DNA of 64,000 nt, taken from NCBI GenBank assembly GCA_047967505.1, contig CM106538.1. One strand, given 5' to 3'. Origin of the DNA: Dipteris shenzhenensis (lineage: Eukaryota). A program made the translations under genes and the position numbers. Within the stretch, counting starts at the first letter, position 1; each line of letters begins with the position of its first letter. The notes under the pieces were generated by a model. That model saw only the letters and a program-made list of their open reading frames with translations. It searched no databases and was not told the origin of the DNA. This document shows positions 38,194 through 51,241 of the stretch, piece after piece.

Positions 38194-39460
38194 CCGATTG
38201 CCCTAACGCCCTACCGTGCCACCCTGCCCTAGCGTGCCATCGCCCGACCTACCGCCCTACCCTCCCCTCCCCTGTACCCCCCACCCCGCTGCCGCTACAC
38301 CCCCCACGCCCCCTTTCTCTCACCATCCCTATTCCCTCCCCTCCCCTCCCCAGCATTCCCCCCTCCACCTCCCTCCCCTCCCCTCTGTGCGAAAACACCC
38401 CCCCCTGTGGCGCCGTTGAGTAGGCCCCCCCCACAGTCCAAAAAAAAAAAAAACGCCTAACCACTACGCTAGTTGTAGGTTAGACTAACCCTGGTTAGGT
38501 TAGTCATGGCTAGGTTAGGTTAGTATTAATCTAGGCTAGGTTAGTTTTAACTGTAGTTAACGCCTAACCACTACACTAGTTGTAGGTTAGACTAACCCTG
38601 GTTAGGTTAGTCATGGCTAGGTTAGGTTAGTATTAATCTAGGCTAGGTTAGTTTTAACTGAAGTTAGTTTAGGTTAGTATTAACCTACGTTAGGTTAGTT
38701 TTAACCTTAGCTCAGTTAGTATAACTGTTAGTTAGTTGCCCTAACTAGGTTAATTGTACTAACTGTGGTCAATTTAACATTAACCAGGTTAGGTTAGACT
38801 AATTGTTAGGCATCTAACTAGACAAATAGGCTAGTTAACCTAACTAGATTGACTTCGTTCCAACCCGTCAGTTGGACCTAAAGTCCATTCACACCACCCT
38901 TAGGACACACCCCCCCAAAAACCAAAATTTTACCCCTACTTTCACCCTCGTAACTCATCCGTTTGGGACCCAAACTGAACCCCGTTTAAACCCAAATTTC
39001 ACACATGGAAACACCATGCTATGAGGTATTTTTATAGCCCATTGTACACCATTTCGGCATCGCTAGCACTCGCTCATTTGTGCCCCCATGTGGGCCTCGT
39101 TTCGCATAAATTCGCTCATATCTTCACGCTATGCCCTCCGATTAACGATCCGTCTACATCGGCACATTTTCCTACACACGTAGGACAATCTTAGGCACAT
39201 TATTAACACAATGGTCCCTACACACACTAACACCACTCTAACGCTCCCAACAACACTACATCCACACCTGCACTTGTGGTAGAGACACCCTTGGCAAATC
39301 TCGCCCAATCTACATGTAGCTACATTTTGGCCAATGCCTTTGACTCCAACGCTTGCCAAATCCACATATAACTCTGCTGCAATAACCACCCCCACCAATC
39401 CTCTACCCCGAATCCCCCCCTGAGATTCAACCTCTCCCTTTAACTCCTCCATGCCCCAAC

Positions 39461-41900
39461 ATGGCTGGACGCCATCATGACAATGAAGGTGATATCGACC
39501 TCGATGGAGAGGTTGACAAGTTCTTCAATCGAAGAAATAACAACAATCAAGGCCGATGCCCCTTGGGAAAACTGGAACTTCCCAAGTATAATGGTAGGGG
39601 AGATCCAGCTCGCTTCCTCCAGCATTTTGATGCCGCATGCCAAGCAGGTGGAGATCAATCCCATGAAATCAAGGTGGCTTGGTTTCCCATGGCCTTAACT
39701 GATGAAGCATCTGAATGGTACCTAGACCTTCTCATGGAAGAACGTGCCACATGGGACCTACTTCAAACAAAATTCAAACAATGCTTTCAAATAGAGAGGC
39801 TACAAAATGATCTCGCTCTCCAATTAAGCAAGCTCGAACAAGGCCGAGGAGGAGATGTACGCACGTACCTGGGTAAGATGAAGAAATTAATCGCCAAATG
39901 TGACCCATGCCCAGATGCAAAGTACCTCACGGCATGGTTCATAGCAAGTCTAAGAAAGAAAATCCAAAAGGATATGAAAAAAATAAGCAGCTATGAAATG
40001 TTTAGTGCTGCTCATGCAGCAGCCATTGACATCGAGGATAGCATGACCGACTCAAACACTAGCAGTGATGACGGCAGATCTAATCCATGAGATAAGCAAT
40101 CGAAAAAGGGTAAATCAAAGGACACTACCGAAACATCAAATGACGATCGCCTAGAGTCCATGACCTTGAAGTTGAAAGAAGATATGATGTAGGCCATGGA
40201 TCAAAAACTTCACTTGTCTCAGCCACCAACTCAAACATATCCATGGCAAGAAAATGCTTGGTGTCCACATTGCATGGCCAATCATACAGTAAATGAGTGT
40301 CTGGTCCTAAGAGCCAGGATCACTACACAAGCAAATCCACCACCAAGGTTGTGGTGCCATATCTGCGTCGTCGGCAGCCATGATGAAAACAGTTGCATCT
40401 TCAACATGCGCAACAACCCACCTTAAACTCAACAATACCAAGCGGCACCCATGCTAGTGTATAGGCAACCGGCACTTGCACAAGTGCCCCCAGCTCTGAG
40501 GCTAAATTTTGTTCCCATTGAGACACAAGTCCCACAACTACTCAGGAATCCAAATCCACGACCATATCCAAGAGCACCAAACCCAGCTCCTCAGGCAGTT
40601 CCAATACATCAATTACAAGCCGAGGAAGTAGACTTATTATTTGAGTATGAAGCAGAGTACCTAGTGTACTATGTAGAAGGTGCAGAGGGTCTAATACCAC
40701 TTTATACAAATCAAGTACGACCCAACACATTTCAAGCACCAATCAAGTGCTACGGTTGTGGAAAAAATCACCAGATTGCAGAGTGCCCTCATCGTGGTAG
40801 CCCAGCTACTTTCCAACCACTCTGTCAAGATTGTGGCATAGGACATGCATGTATGGATTGTCCCATAAAAAATAAGGTCTCAAAACAAATAGAGGTTAAG
40901 CCTAACATCCCAATCGGCATCATTGGGGTGGACCATCAATGTTTGGGTCCGGCAAGTGTAAAATCACAACTTGTAAATGTAATTACATGCCAAGAGAAAG
41001 AGGCCACCAAGGACCCTAACATTCCAATCCAAGCAAAGCGACTTCTGAAAAAGAAAGCACAAGTGCCTCCACCTTCGCCAAGCAATGAGCAACCGAGCTC
41101 ATTCACATCAACTCCCAAGCCTCAAATAAAAGAAGCTCCATACCCAAATGCAGAGGTGGAGAAGGCTCATTTTTAGGTACTTCAACAATGGGTCCAAAAT
41201 GAACAAGTTCAATTTGAGGCTGAGAAACAAGCTCAAGACCCAATCCATGACTTGGCCCCACAAAGTATTGATACTGTACTCGAGCCTTTGTTCCAACAAC
41301 AGACTCCACAACAGAATGTACCACCATGTCAACTTGAAGGAGCCGTACTCTCTAGCATCCTGAGTTGCCCTGTGTCAATTCCCATCGGAATCCTCTTACG
41401 GAATTGTCCCAATCTCTGGGAAAGTTTCAAAGGATGGGTTGAACTCGCAAATCCCCATCCACCTATGAACGACATTGAAGATATCCCTATGTGGATGGGT
41501 GAGAGATGACATATGCAACATTACTGTGCCTTTGATCCACAACACATATAATGAAGTCCAAGACATACTGGATGGTGGAGCAGGTGTAAATGTCCTATCA
41601 AAGGAGCTCTATGAAGAATGGGGTCTCCCACCAATGCAAAAGGCTAATTTCAACATACGCCTTCTCGATGATTCACGGGCTAAACCCTTGGGAATAGTGA
41701 ATGGTGTGTCCACAAAGATCGTAGGAGTCTGCTTTTCCCTTCAATTCACAATCTTGGATCTCCCCAAAAAATCCTATCAAATCTTACTGGGATGTCCTTG
41801 GTTACCAGAAGCATCAGTCCTCCATTACTGGGAACTAGTAGACTGACAATCCAAAATCGAGACACTACAGTTAGGGTGAATGTGGGGACAGGAGCTAATT
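39461..41900 (+). pseudogene. gag: G2 gag-protease
   Basis: Colinear paralog of G1 gag-PR (MAGRHHDNEGDIDLD.., ILDGGAGVN) with several stops. Confidence 0.92.
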
Positions 41901-43081
41901 AAACCAATTGTTCCTAAAGCGTTGGATGACACATCTTCAACAACAATGTCAAGCAAATCAGCTCCCTTGCAACAGCATGCCATAGCAGATGACACAAAGC
42001 AATGTCAATAATTGGATACAAACATTGGCAACCATCGACAACTACCATTCATTAGACCCCATCTTCTCACAGATTGATGCTAAGGCGCTACAGGTAGATC
42101 CTCCACTCCAACATGAAGAACCAATCAATCTAGAGATGCGACTCCAATTTTCCTTAGGACCTTGAAATAGAGGCTGCGAATGCTGAAATTGAAGATCAAA
42201 TCTTTGATAATGACTTAGCCATTTTGCATGCCCTAATGGCAGTCGAGCTCCCAAAAGTTGAACCTCCGAACTTGAATAACAGCAGAAGATCCTGCAAGAA
42301 AGCAGGAGGAAATCGCAAAAAAGTCAAGGCCGAGCACTTCAATGAATTCGAATGAGTCCAATCAAGGATCATCAAATTATACCTTGCAAAGCAAGCTCCC
42401 TCGACATTAGAACCACTGCCTCTTGTATGGTCATCTGAGGGACTGAAAGAAGTATGCATGGCAAATGAACCCTTACTTGGAAACACCTTACCAATGGAAA
42501 AGTTACCCCATAGTTCCCAACGTAAGAAGTTTTGAAAGTATAAGCCACATGTGCATATAAATCAAGAGAATTCACCCCAAAAAAAAGAAGAAGAAGAAGA
42601 AACAAAAACAAAAGGGTCTCCAAGAGCCAAACAAATTATAATACTATGCCACCTCGTACACATGGCACATGTCAGGCTAGTTCAACACATCAAAGGCTGA
42701 CCTTCAAGAAGTGCTGGAGTACTTCAAGAATTACACAAGTGGCAGTGTCCCCATAGCAATGCCAAGACCATGAAAGGCATTTGAAGTTCAAGCTGTGCTG
42801 CTAGAAACCTTGGACAGAGTCTAATTCAACACAACAATAACCGGGAGCCAACTAAAGCGCTACTTCAACACGCAAGCCATCCCTGACACAAACGACAATT
42901 TGGGAAACCAAGTCTTCCTTAGTTAGGATTAGATTGTATCACAAGCACTCACTTGCATATGCACATTTCGGCACATATAGTTTGTACTAGATTATTACAG
43001 GCACACTCACTAGCATATGCACGTTTTTGCACATTTAGGAAGACCTAATCAATTTCGTATTAGGGATGTTTGAGTCTTATT

Positions 43082-46000
43082 TGTTGAGATATCGAGCTCC
43101 ACTCGTGATATGCCAGGGTGACTGTTGTGCATTTATGTCACCGATTTGTTAGCTGGAGATGCGGTTGGTACACCGCCCACGAATAATAGCTGGATGACAG
43201 CTATCCTTATCTACTCTAGTTTGTGGCTCAGTTAGTATGCCACCTTAGTTAGTTGAGTTTGGTTTGAGACCCACATATAGGGTTCTTCTATTTTCTTTGT
43301 ACTAGAGTTCTTTTGGTTTTCACAACTAAGAAGAGGAAACATGTTTTCAGCCTCCACCTTTGTGTGTATTCCCCCATTGTGCATGTGAGAAAGCCACAAG
43401 TGAGACTCCTTCCCTTTCTCCCACTATCTTCACATGGTATCAGAGCCTTGTTCGTGGTAAGGAGCTCAAGAAAGCAAACCAAGTTCGCGGTGTCCTAGTA
43501 AGAGGACCAGTGTTGCTTTCCTATTTCGAGTTTGGGAGCAAATCTCTGCAGGTAGCACAGCCAGAAGTACAAGAGTGCACTGTCTCAGATTGAGATGCCC
43601 TTCGCGGTGTGGCGAGAGCGCAATATATGCTGCGGGAGAGGGCGAAGGTGGAAGTTCTTCGTAGGCACTCCAAAAAAGGCCCTGTTTTTGCTGTGCGACC
43701 ACTGCTCGGCAAGTCGGTGGAAAGTTGCCACAGAAATTGCATCGTATGCCTGTGTGCAGAGATATTGGGAGTTGCAGAATCATGCTTGTTGCCTGTTGAT
43801 GCAAAATCGTCACTAGGAAGTGACAGTGTGGTGAAATACCACTTTCGTCAGTTTTGCAGATCTGCCCGTGTGAGGCAAAAGCTATGTTTTTTACAGTGAC
43901 AGAATATTTTGCAGTGTTCTGTAATGGCATCTGATTCTCTTTCATAGATTGTCACTGAAAAGCTTGACAAGAACAACTTCCAGGCATGGAAGTTTAGAAT
44001 GACGAATTTCCTTATGGGAAAAGGCTATTGGGAGTTCATTACAGGAAATGAAGAAGAACCTGTTCTTCCTAATGTTCCCAATCAACAGGAAATGCAGGCA
44101 TTTAAAGGATGGCATCAGAGAGCCAAGAAAGTTATGTACTGGCTGTCTATCAGTATTTCGGACTCCATGATTGTGCATATTCAGGATGCAAGTACGCCAA
44201 AGGAGGCATGGGATACATTGGCAAAAATGTACAGCACAAATACGCAAGCCAGGAAAATGCAACTCAAATAGGAGTTGCACAATGTGCAGAGAGAAAACTT
44301 GAGCATAAATGACTACCACATGAAAGTGAAGAAAATTGCAGATGCACTTGCTTCCATTGGGTTGCCAGTGGAAGATGATGATCTAGTTTCTGTGACCTTG
44401 AATGGTCTAGGAAAGGATTATGCACAGTTCCGGACATCCATTGCCATCCGTGAAAAATTTCTTGATTTTGAAGAGTTGTTTGCTCTTCTAATTTCTGAAG
44501 AGCAGAGAAATGGGGGTGCATCTTCTTAAACAGGAACTTCAAAAGAAACTGTCTTCTACTCAAATGCTGGCAGAGGTAGAGGCAGAGGTAGAGGCAGAGG
44601 TAGAGGAGGCCAATCTGCAGGCCATGGTAGAAATCAGAATATGCAACAATCTCAAGAAAACCAGTCCTATGCAGGAGGACGTGGTAACTCTAGAGGCAGG
44701 GGGAGCCAAAGAGGCCGTGGTGGATGGCAGAGAGGCCAAAATGCAAACAGCAATGTTGAATGCTACTATTGTGGCAAAATGGGTCATATGGCTAAGGATT
44801 GCTATAAAAAGGAGAATGACATTATGAATGGAAAATTGCAGCAAGGCAATTATGCATCTTCTAGTAGGCAGGGTGATGATAGAAATGAGCATCTATTTAT
44901 TGTGCAACATATGACCAATTCTGTGACAAGTGTAGAAGAACGAAATTATGTGTGGTATGTTGACTCAAGTGCGTCAAACCACATGACAGGTCATGCAGAA
45001 TGGATGCAAGATGCAAGGAAAATGGAAAATCCAAGATTTGTGGAGACTGGTGATGATACTGCACATCCTATTGTGCAGATTGGCAAAATTCCTTTGTCTA
45101 TGCAGGATGGGAAAAAAAATACCTGTCCGATGTATTTCATGTCCCGAACATCACCAAGAACCTAGTTTCTGTTGGTCAAATGGTTGAGCAGGGCTTGCAG
45201 GTTAGATTTAATCCTCATGGATGCTTTGTTGAGGATATGAAAAATAATGGTCGCTCGATAGCAAAAGGAAAGAAGAAGGGCAGGATGTTTACGTTGGATG
45301 CGGACATGCCTGAATTGAGTGCAGGAATGTTTGCACATGGGACCGGTGTAGTTGCAGATATTGATATCTGGCACAAACGCATTGGTCATGTTAATATACA
45401 GCGACTTAAATCAATGCAAGCCCAAAATATTGTTGCAGGATTGCCTAAATTCAAGGTTGCAAAAATGCACAAGGTTTGTGAAGCCTGTCAATTTGGGAAA
45501 CAGGCAAGGAAACCTTTTCCTAGGCATGTTCAAGAGAGTAAAAAGCCATTGGAATTAATCCACTCTGATGTGTGGACTACTAAAGCTGCATCTATTAAAG
45601 GGTGTCACTATTTTGTCACATTTATTGATGACTTCAGTAGAAAACTTTGGGTGTATTTTATGAAAAAGAAAAGTGAAGTGTTTGGGCACTTCAAAGCTTT
45701 CAAAGCTATGGTTGAAAAAGAAACAGGCCTGCAAATAAAATGCCTAAGGTCAGATGGAGGGGGAGAGTACCTCTCAAATGAGTTTGCAAGGTTCTTGCAG
45801 GAGCATGGTATAAAGCAGCAATATTCATGTAGTCATACCCCACAGCAAAATGGAATTGTAGAAAGGAAAAACAGGCATATTGGAGAGGTATCTTGGGCTA
45901 TGCTAAATGAAAAAGATCTACCAGATTATTATTGGGCTGAAGCAATTGCTACAGCAGTTTATATAATGAACAGGACTCCACTGCAGCAATACATGGCATG

Positions 46001-48602
46001 ACGCCAGAGGAGATGTATACTGGTAGGAAACCAGATATTTCTCATTTGAAAATTTTTGGTTGCATTGCCTATGTCCATGTGCCAGATGAGTTGAGGTCCA
46101 AGTTGGATCCAAAGGCTGAGAAGTGCGTCTTTATTGGTTATTCTCTGCAGCAGAAAGGGTATAGATGCTATAACCCTTCTACACGGAAGTTCACAGTGAG
46201 CAGAGATGATGTTTTTGATGAGATGAGTAGCTGGTATAAACCAGTAAATGTAATGATTGATGTAGATGCACAAAATGGTAATGCTGCACAAAATTCATAG
46301 CAGCAATCACAAAATATTAGTGGACCTGGAGTGTCCTCTAGCAGTGGTTCACATACTTCGCCATGGACAGGCAGATTGAGATCAAGAGAATCTCCTCAAA
46401 GCAATGCAGAGAGTGGTATGCAGGTATCACGAAAAGGAAAAGAGAAGGTAGATCAGTCCATGTTTGATGTGAAAGCAGGTCACTCTTATGTGGATGGTGA
46501 ATCCAGTGGCTCAGAACAGAGCATTGATGATGAGTTGGGTATTCCTTCTGTTGTTACACCTAGAGTAAGGAAGACCAGGGATGTTTTGAGAGCACCTGGA
46601 AGTGAGCCTATTTTGCGCAGGTCTACCAGGGTTAGGTATCCTGTGGATAGGCTGAAATATGATGGATTTATAGCCATTCACTATGCCTATATGGTCAAAG
46701 TGATACAGGAACCAGAACCCACTTCTTTTCAGCAAGCCATGGGAAATGAAAAATGGGAGAAAGCCATGGATGAAGAAATGGATGCCTTGGATGCAAATGC
46801 TACATGGGAATTGGTGCCTTTGCCTAAAGACAAGAATGAAATTGGCTGTAAGTGGGTTTATAAGATCAAGCACAATGCAGATGGTTCTGTGAATAGATAC
46901 AAGGCAAGATTAGTTGTCAAGGGGTATGCATAGACATATGGCATTGATTATGAAGAAACTTTCAGTCCGGTTGCAAGGATGGCAACCGTAAGAGCAGCCA
47001 TTGCTATGGCTGCATCAAAGGGATGGTCTTTACATCAGATGGATGTAAAGAATGCCTTCTTGCATGGTGATTTGCAAGAAGAGGTTTTTATGGAGCAGCC
47101 AGCAGGTTATGTTCATGCTATTCATCCTGAGTTTGTTTGCAGGTTGAAGAAAGCCTTGTATGGCTTGAAGCAAGCACCTAGAGCATGGTCTGACAAGATA
47201 GGATAGTATCTTGTCACTATTGGCTTTCAGATTTCCAAGGCAGATTTCTCACTCTATGTGAGAAAAACAGAGAAAGGGATTATGCTGCTGGTCATTTATG
47301 TTGATGATTTGATCATCACAGGTGATAGTGATGAAGATATCCTTCATGTGAAAATGCTATTAAAGCAGAAGTTTGAGATGAAGGATTTGGGAGAGCTGCA
47401 TTATTTCTTGGGCATTGAGGTGATTAGATCACCAAGTGGGATGCAGAGGCAGTATGGATTGGACATGCTGTCCAAATATGGGATGATAGGCTGTAAGCCT
47501 ATTTCAGTTCCTTTGGAGCAGAATGTGAAGCTGAGCACAGATGCAGGTGAGCTTTTGGAAGACCCTACTATGTACAGACGCATAGTAGGAAGTTTGATTT
47601 ATATGACCATTACCACGCCAGATCTAAGCTATGCTAATGGATTGGTAAGTCAGTTTATGCAGGCTCCAAGGAAACCGCATTTGGATGCGGTTAGACGCAT
47701 ACTCAGGTATGTGAAGTCCACATTGCAGTATGGACTATTTTATGAGGCTGGGGTTCAGATACAGTTGCATGGATACACTGATGCTGATTGGGATGGTAGT
47801 ATTTCTTATAGATGATCTACCAGTGGATATGTGTTCTCTTTTGGGAGTGCTGCAGTCACTTGGAGCAGCAAGAAACAGCCTACAGTTGCCTTGTCGAGCA
47901 CAGAGGCTGAGTACAGGGGTGCAGTAATGGCTGCATGTGAGGTAGCTTGGTTGCATAAGCTACTTTATGATATGCATCAGTCTACAGATGGGCCAGTTGT
48001 CATTTATTGTGACAACATGAGTAGTATACACTTGGCAAAGAACCCAGTCTTTCATGCTAGAACAAAGCACATTGAGGTGCATTATCACGATGTGCGGGAG
48101 AAAGTGTTACTAGGTCTTATTGATCTAGTTTATGTCAGCACAGAGGATCAGGTAGCTGACATATTCACGAAAGCATTGGGCACAGAGAAGCTGCGCAAGT
48201 TCAAAGACCTGCTTGGTGTGCAGGAATTGGGATTGAGCTCGAGGGGGAGTGTTGAGATATCGAGCTCCACTCACGATATGCCAGGGTGACTGTTGTGCAT
48301 TTATGTCACCGACTTGTTAGCTGGAGATGCGGTTGGTACACCGCCCACGAATAATAACTGGATGACAGCTATCCTTATCTACTCTAGTTTGTGGCTCAGT
48401 TAGTATGCCACCTTAGTTAGTTGAGTTTGGTTTGAGACCCACATATACGGTTCTTCTATTTTCTTTGTACTAGAGTTCTTTTGGTTTTCACAACTAAGAA
48501 GAGGAAAACTGTTTTCAGCCTCCACCTTTGTGTGTATTCCCCCATTGTGCATGTGAGAAAGCCGCAAGTGAGACTCCTTCCCTCTCTCCCACTATCTTCA
48601 CA
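43082..48602 (+). mobile_element. Copia family A, copy 3 (structurally complete)
   Basis: LTRs 43082-43434 and 48250-48602; PBS TGGTATCAGAGCC 43435-43447; PPT GAGGGGGAG 48241-48249; TSD TTATT/TTAGT (empty site TTAGT seen in G4 near 59290). Confidence 0.97.
43924..48289 (+). pseudogene. Copia gag-pol with premature stops
   Basis: All domains present including YVDD; broken by TAG/TGA/TAA codons and frameshifts; frame ends inside the 3' LTR. Confidence 0.94.
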
Positions 48603-49207
48603 TTAGTTTGCCTATTAAATCCCACAAATAAGCATATAGTTAGACACATCACATGCACTCACATGATTTTGCATAGGCACATAATAGATTGCATCAAAAA
48701 TAATATCACACACTTTCATTCCATACTCTCAAAGCATGCAATGAACTCACAAGCAGGACAAGAAGCTATGCCAAAACTCAAGATGAATTGGCAAAAGAGT
48801 CTGCAGCCTCTGCAACGAGACCCAAGCCAAACATTACAGTGTCTCCTATATGCAAAAATATCAGACTTGCATACTAATTATCTACAAGCTCAATGATACA
48901 GGTGCAATCGCATCCAACATGTATGCAAGATAGCAAGAAATGCTAGCCTCAATAATGAGACCCCCGTCAAACCTCTTCCCAAGAAGATTCGATGGCAGAG
49001 TCCGCAACCTTAGTAACGAGATCCCCTCTGAAATTCACAGCCATCTACCCCTCCTTAAGAGGAGATAAGCTTCTTGACTACAGACCACAAATTATATGGT
49101 GCAAAAGCATTACAGTAGGAACGACTGGATTATGCACATGGCATCCCAGCTCTAAAATCAAAATAAGCCATAACCCGAGGATGGGTAATAAAATGGATCC
49201 GGGAGTA

Positions 49208-50459
49208 TGTTGACTCTGTGCCAACATGAACTTATGTAGAAAGATAATGTGTTACAACTTTGTGTTACAACTTCTACATGTAGAAAGAGAATGTGTTAAA
49301 ACTTTGTGTTACAATTTCTACATGTAGAAAGAGAATGTGTTACAACTTCTACATACGACTTCTACATGTAGAAAGAGAATGTGTTACAACTTTGTGTTAC
49401 AACTTCTACATACGACTTCTACATGTAGAAATTGAATGTGTTACAGCTTTGTGTTACAACTTCTACATACGACTTCTACATGTAGAAAGAGAATGTGTTA
49501 CAACTTTGTGTTACAATTCCTACATGCGGAGAGAGAAGCTCTCCAACTTGTATAAATACCCCATGAAGCCCACACTCTTTGCGGCATTGTGTTGAGTCTA
49601 CTTTGGTATTCCAAGCATTTGTCTCAAGTGTCCATGCTTCCTTGCACTCCACGTCCAAAAGCATATCCTAACCTTGCAACTCCTCCTCCCCTCTCCTCTA
49701 ACCTTGCAACCCACCTTCTCCCTCTCCTCCTCCCTCCTCCTCCTTCCTCCTCCTCCTCCCTCCTCCTCCTCCTCCTCTCTCATCCTCCTCCCTCCTCCTC
49801 CTCCCTCCTCTCTCTTCTTTCCCCCATGCTCTTACACCTTCTTCCTCTCCCACTCCTATGCTCCCCCTAAACCCTTTGTTCCTCAACCCTTAAAACTCCA
49901 TGATCTATGAGGGAGATGAGTTCTCCACCATGTACTCTACCCTGAACCTTGGATCCTCCTTCTAACCCTAGAATCTCCTTCTAAACTCTGCAACTCCTTC
50001 TAAACCTTGGAACTCCTTCTACACCGTGCAACTCCTTCTAAACCTTGGAAGCTCCTTCTAAACCTTGGAACTCCTTCTAAACCCTGCAACTCCTTCTAAA
50101 CCTTGGAACTCCTTCTAACCCTAAAACCTCCTTCTAAACCTTGGATCCTCCTTCTAAACCCTGGAACCTCTTCTAAACCCTGGAACCTCCTCCTAACCCT
50201 TAAACTCCTCCTAAACCCTACAACCCCCACTGAAGGTGAAAGCCTTCATTACCTCAACCATGATGATTCATGTTCCCTTTACACATGCATGCACTATGTC
50301 TGCTTACCATACTTAAGCCTATGTTTCTCACCGGAACACGACTCAAGGTCCTAAGCTACATGTATACTACAATCAACAACCCCAATATATCTGTAGGTGA
50401 CAAAAAGCCTCGGAACCCTGCATACTGAGAAAACCCAGCTCTTCCTACGAAAGCAGTAG
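49208..50459 (+). repeat. G2 3' LTR, missing the last ~13 nt
   Basis: Starts tgttgactctgtgccaac after the same PPT region as G1; stops at aaagcagtag without gaaagagccaaca. Confidence 0.9.
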
Positions 50460-50460
50460 A

Positions 50461-50720
50461 CCTCTACCGTGGTATTTGCCATGTCTCTGTGTTTAAAATT
50501 CAAGCATTAATTATTTGATAAACCATAATAATTTTCCTCTTCCAAAAGCCTCGATCGTGGTATTCTATGTTTAAAATTGAAGTATTGATTACTTGATAAA
50601 CCGTGATAATTTGCCACTCCAAAAACCTCGATCATGGTATTTACTATGTTTAAAATTCAAGCATTCCAAATACCTTGATCAAGGTAATTGCTATGCCTCC
50701 ATGTTTAAAATTTAAAAAGC
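50461..50720. repeat. Four degenerate tandem units (~50-90 bp)
   Basis: cctcgatc.tggtatt..tgtttaaaatt.aag recurs at ~50461, 50549, 50626, 50673. Confidence 0.75.
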
Positions 50721-51197
50721 TTCATGCACTCAAATCGCATTTGATGGCCAGCCTTATATAGGATCATAAATCTCATTTGATGGCCAGCCTTATATAGGCA
50801 TTCTGTAAGTCATATCTTGGGTGTGGAATATATGAGGCTCTTCCATGACATGGAAATGTGATGTGGCATGATGAGTTGGCATTCATGAGGTGGTAGATTG
50901 ACATGGCAAACTGAGGTGGAGGGATTGGTGATGTGGGAATGTTGACGAGGTACTCCAAGGTGGCAAGGTGTGATGATGTGGCTCTAAGAGTTCCTATGAT
51001 GTGGAATGGTGAGGTGGCACATGTGGCAGCATGTGTGGAAATCTAAGGGGACATGGCAACGAGTGATGTCACATCTCCTTGATGTGGCACCATGCGGTCT
51101 AACTACGTGGCATGCTGACAAGGCAAAAATAGATGACTCAGCCTTCCACATGGGCAGCATGCACACCCCAAAGGCTTGATGCTCCTAACCTACCTCA

Positions 51198-51241
51198 CCA
51201 AGCCTAATACCAAGCCTACCTTGCCTTGGTATTAGGCTTGG
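51198..51241. repeat. Perfect 17-bp inverted repeat with 10-nt loop
   Basis: ccaagcctaataccaag ... cttggtattaggcttgg. Confidence 0.85.

Larger units (their letters stand above)
21683..50459 (+). mobile_element. Gypsy G2: non-autonomous relative of G1, hosting G1 and Copia copy 3
   Basis: 5' UTR at 21683-21888 and 38199-39460; gag-PR at 39461-41900; RT-RH-INT deleted at ~42791; 3' region 42800-43081 plus 48603-49207; 3' LTR 49208-50459; 5' LTR not visible (gap). Confidence 0.85.

Noticed and set aside
48241-48289. Copia pol frame running through the PPT into the 3' LTR
   Set aside because: A common arrangement in compact Copia elements
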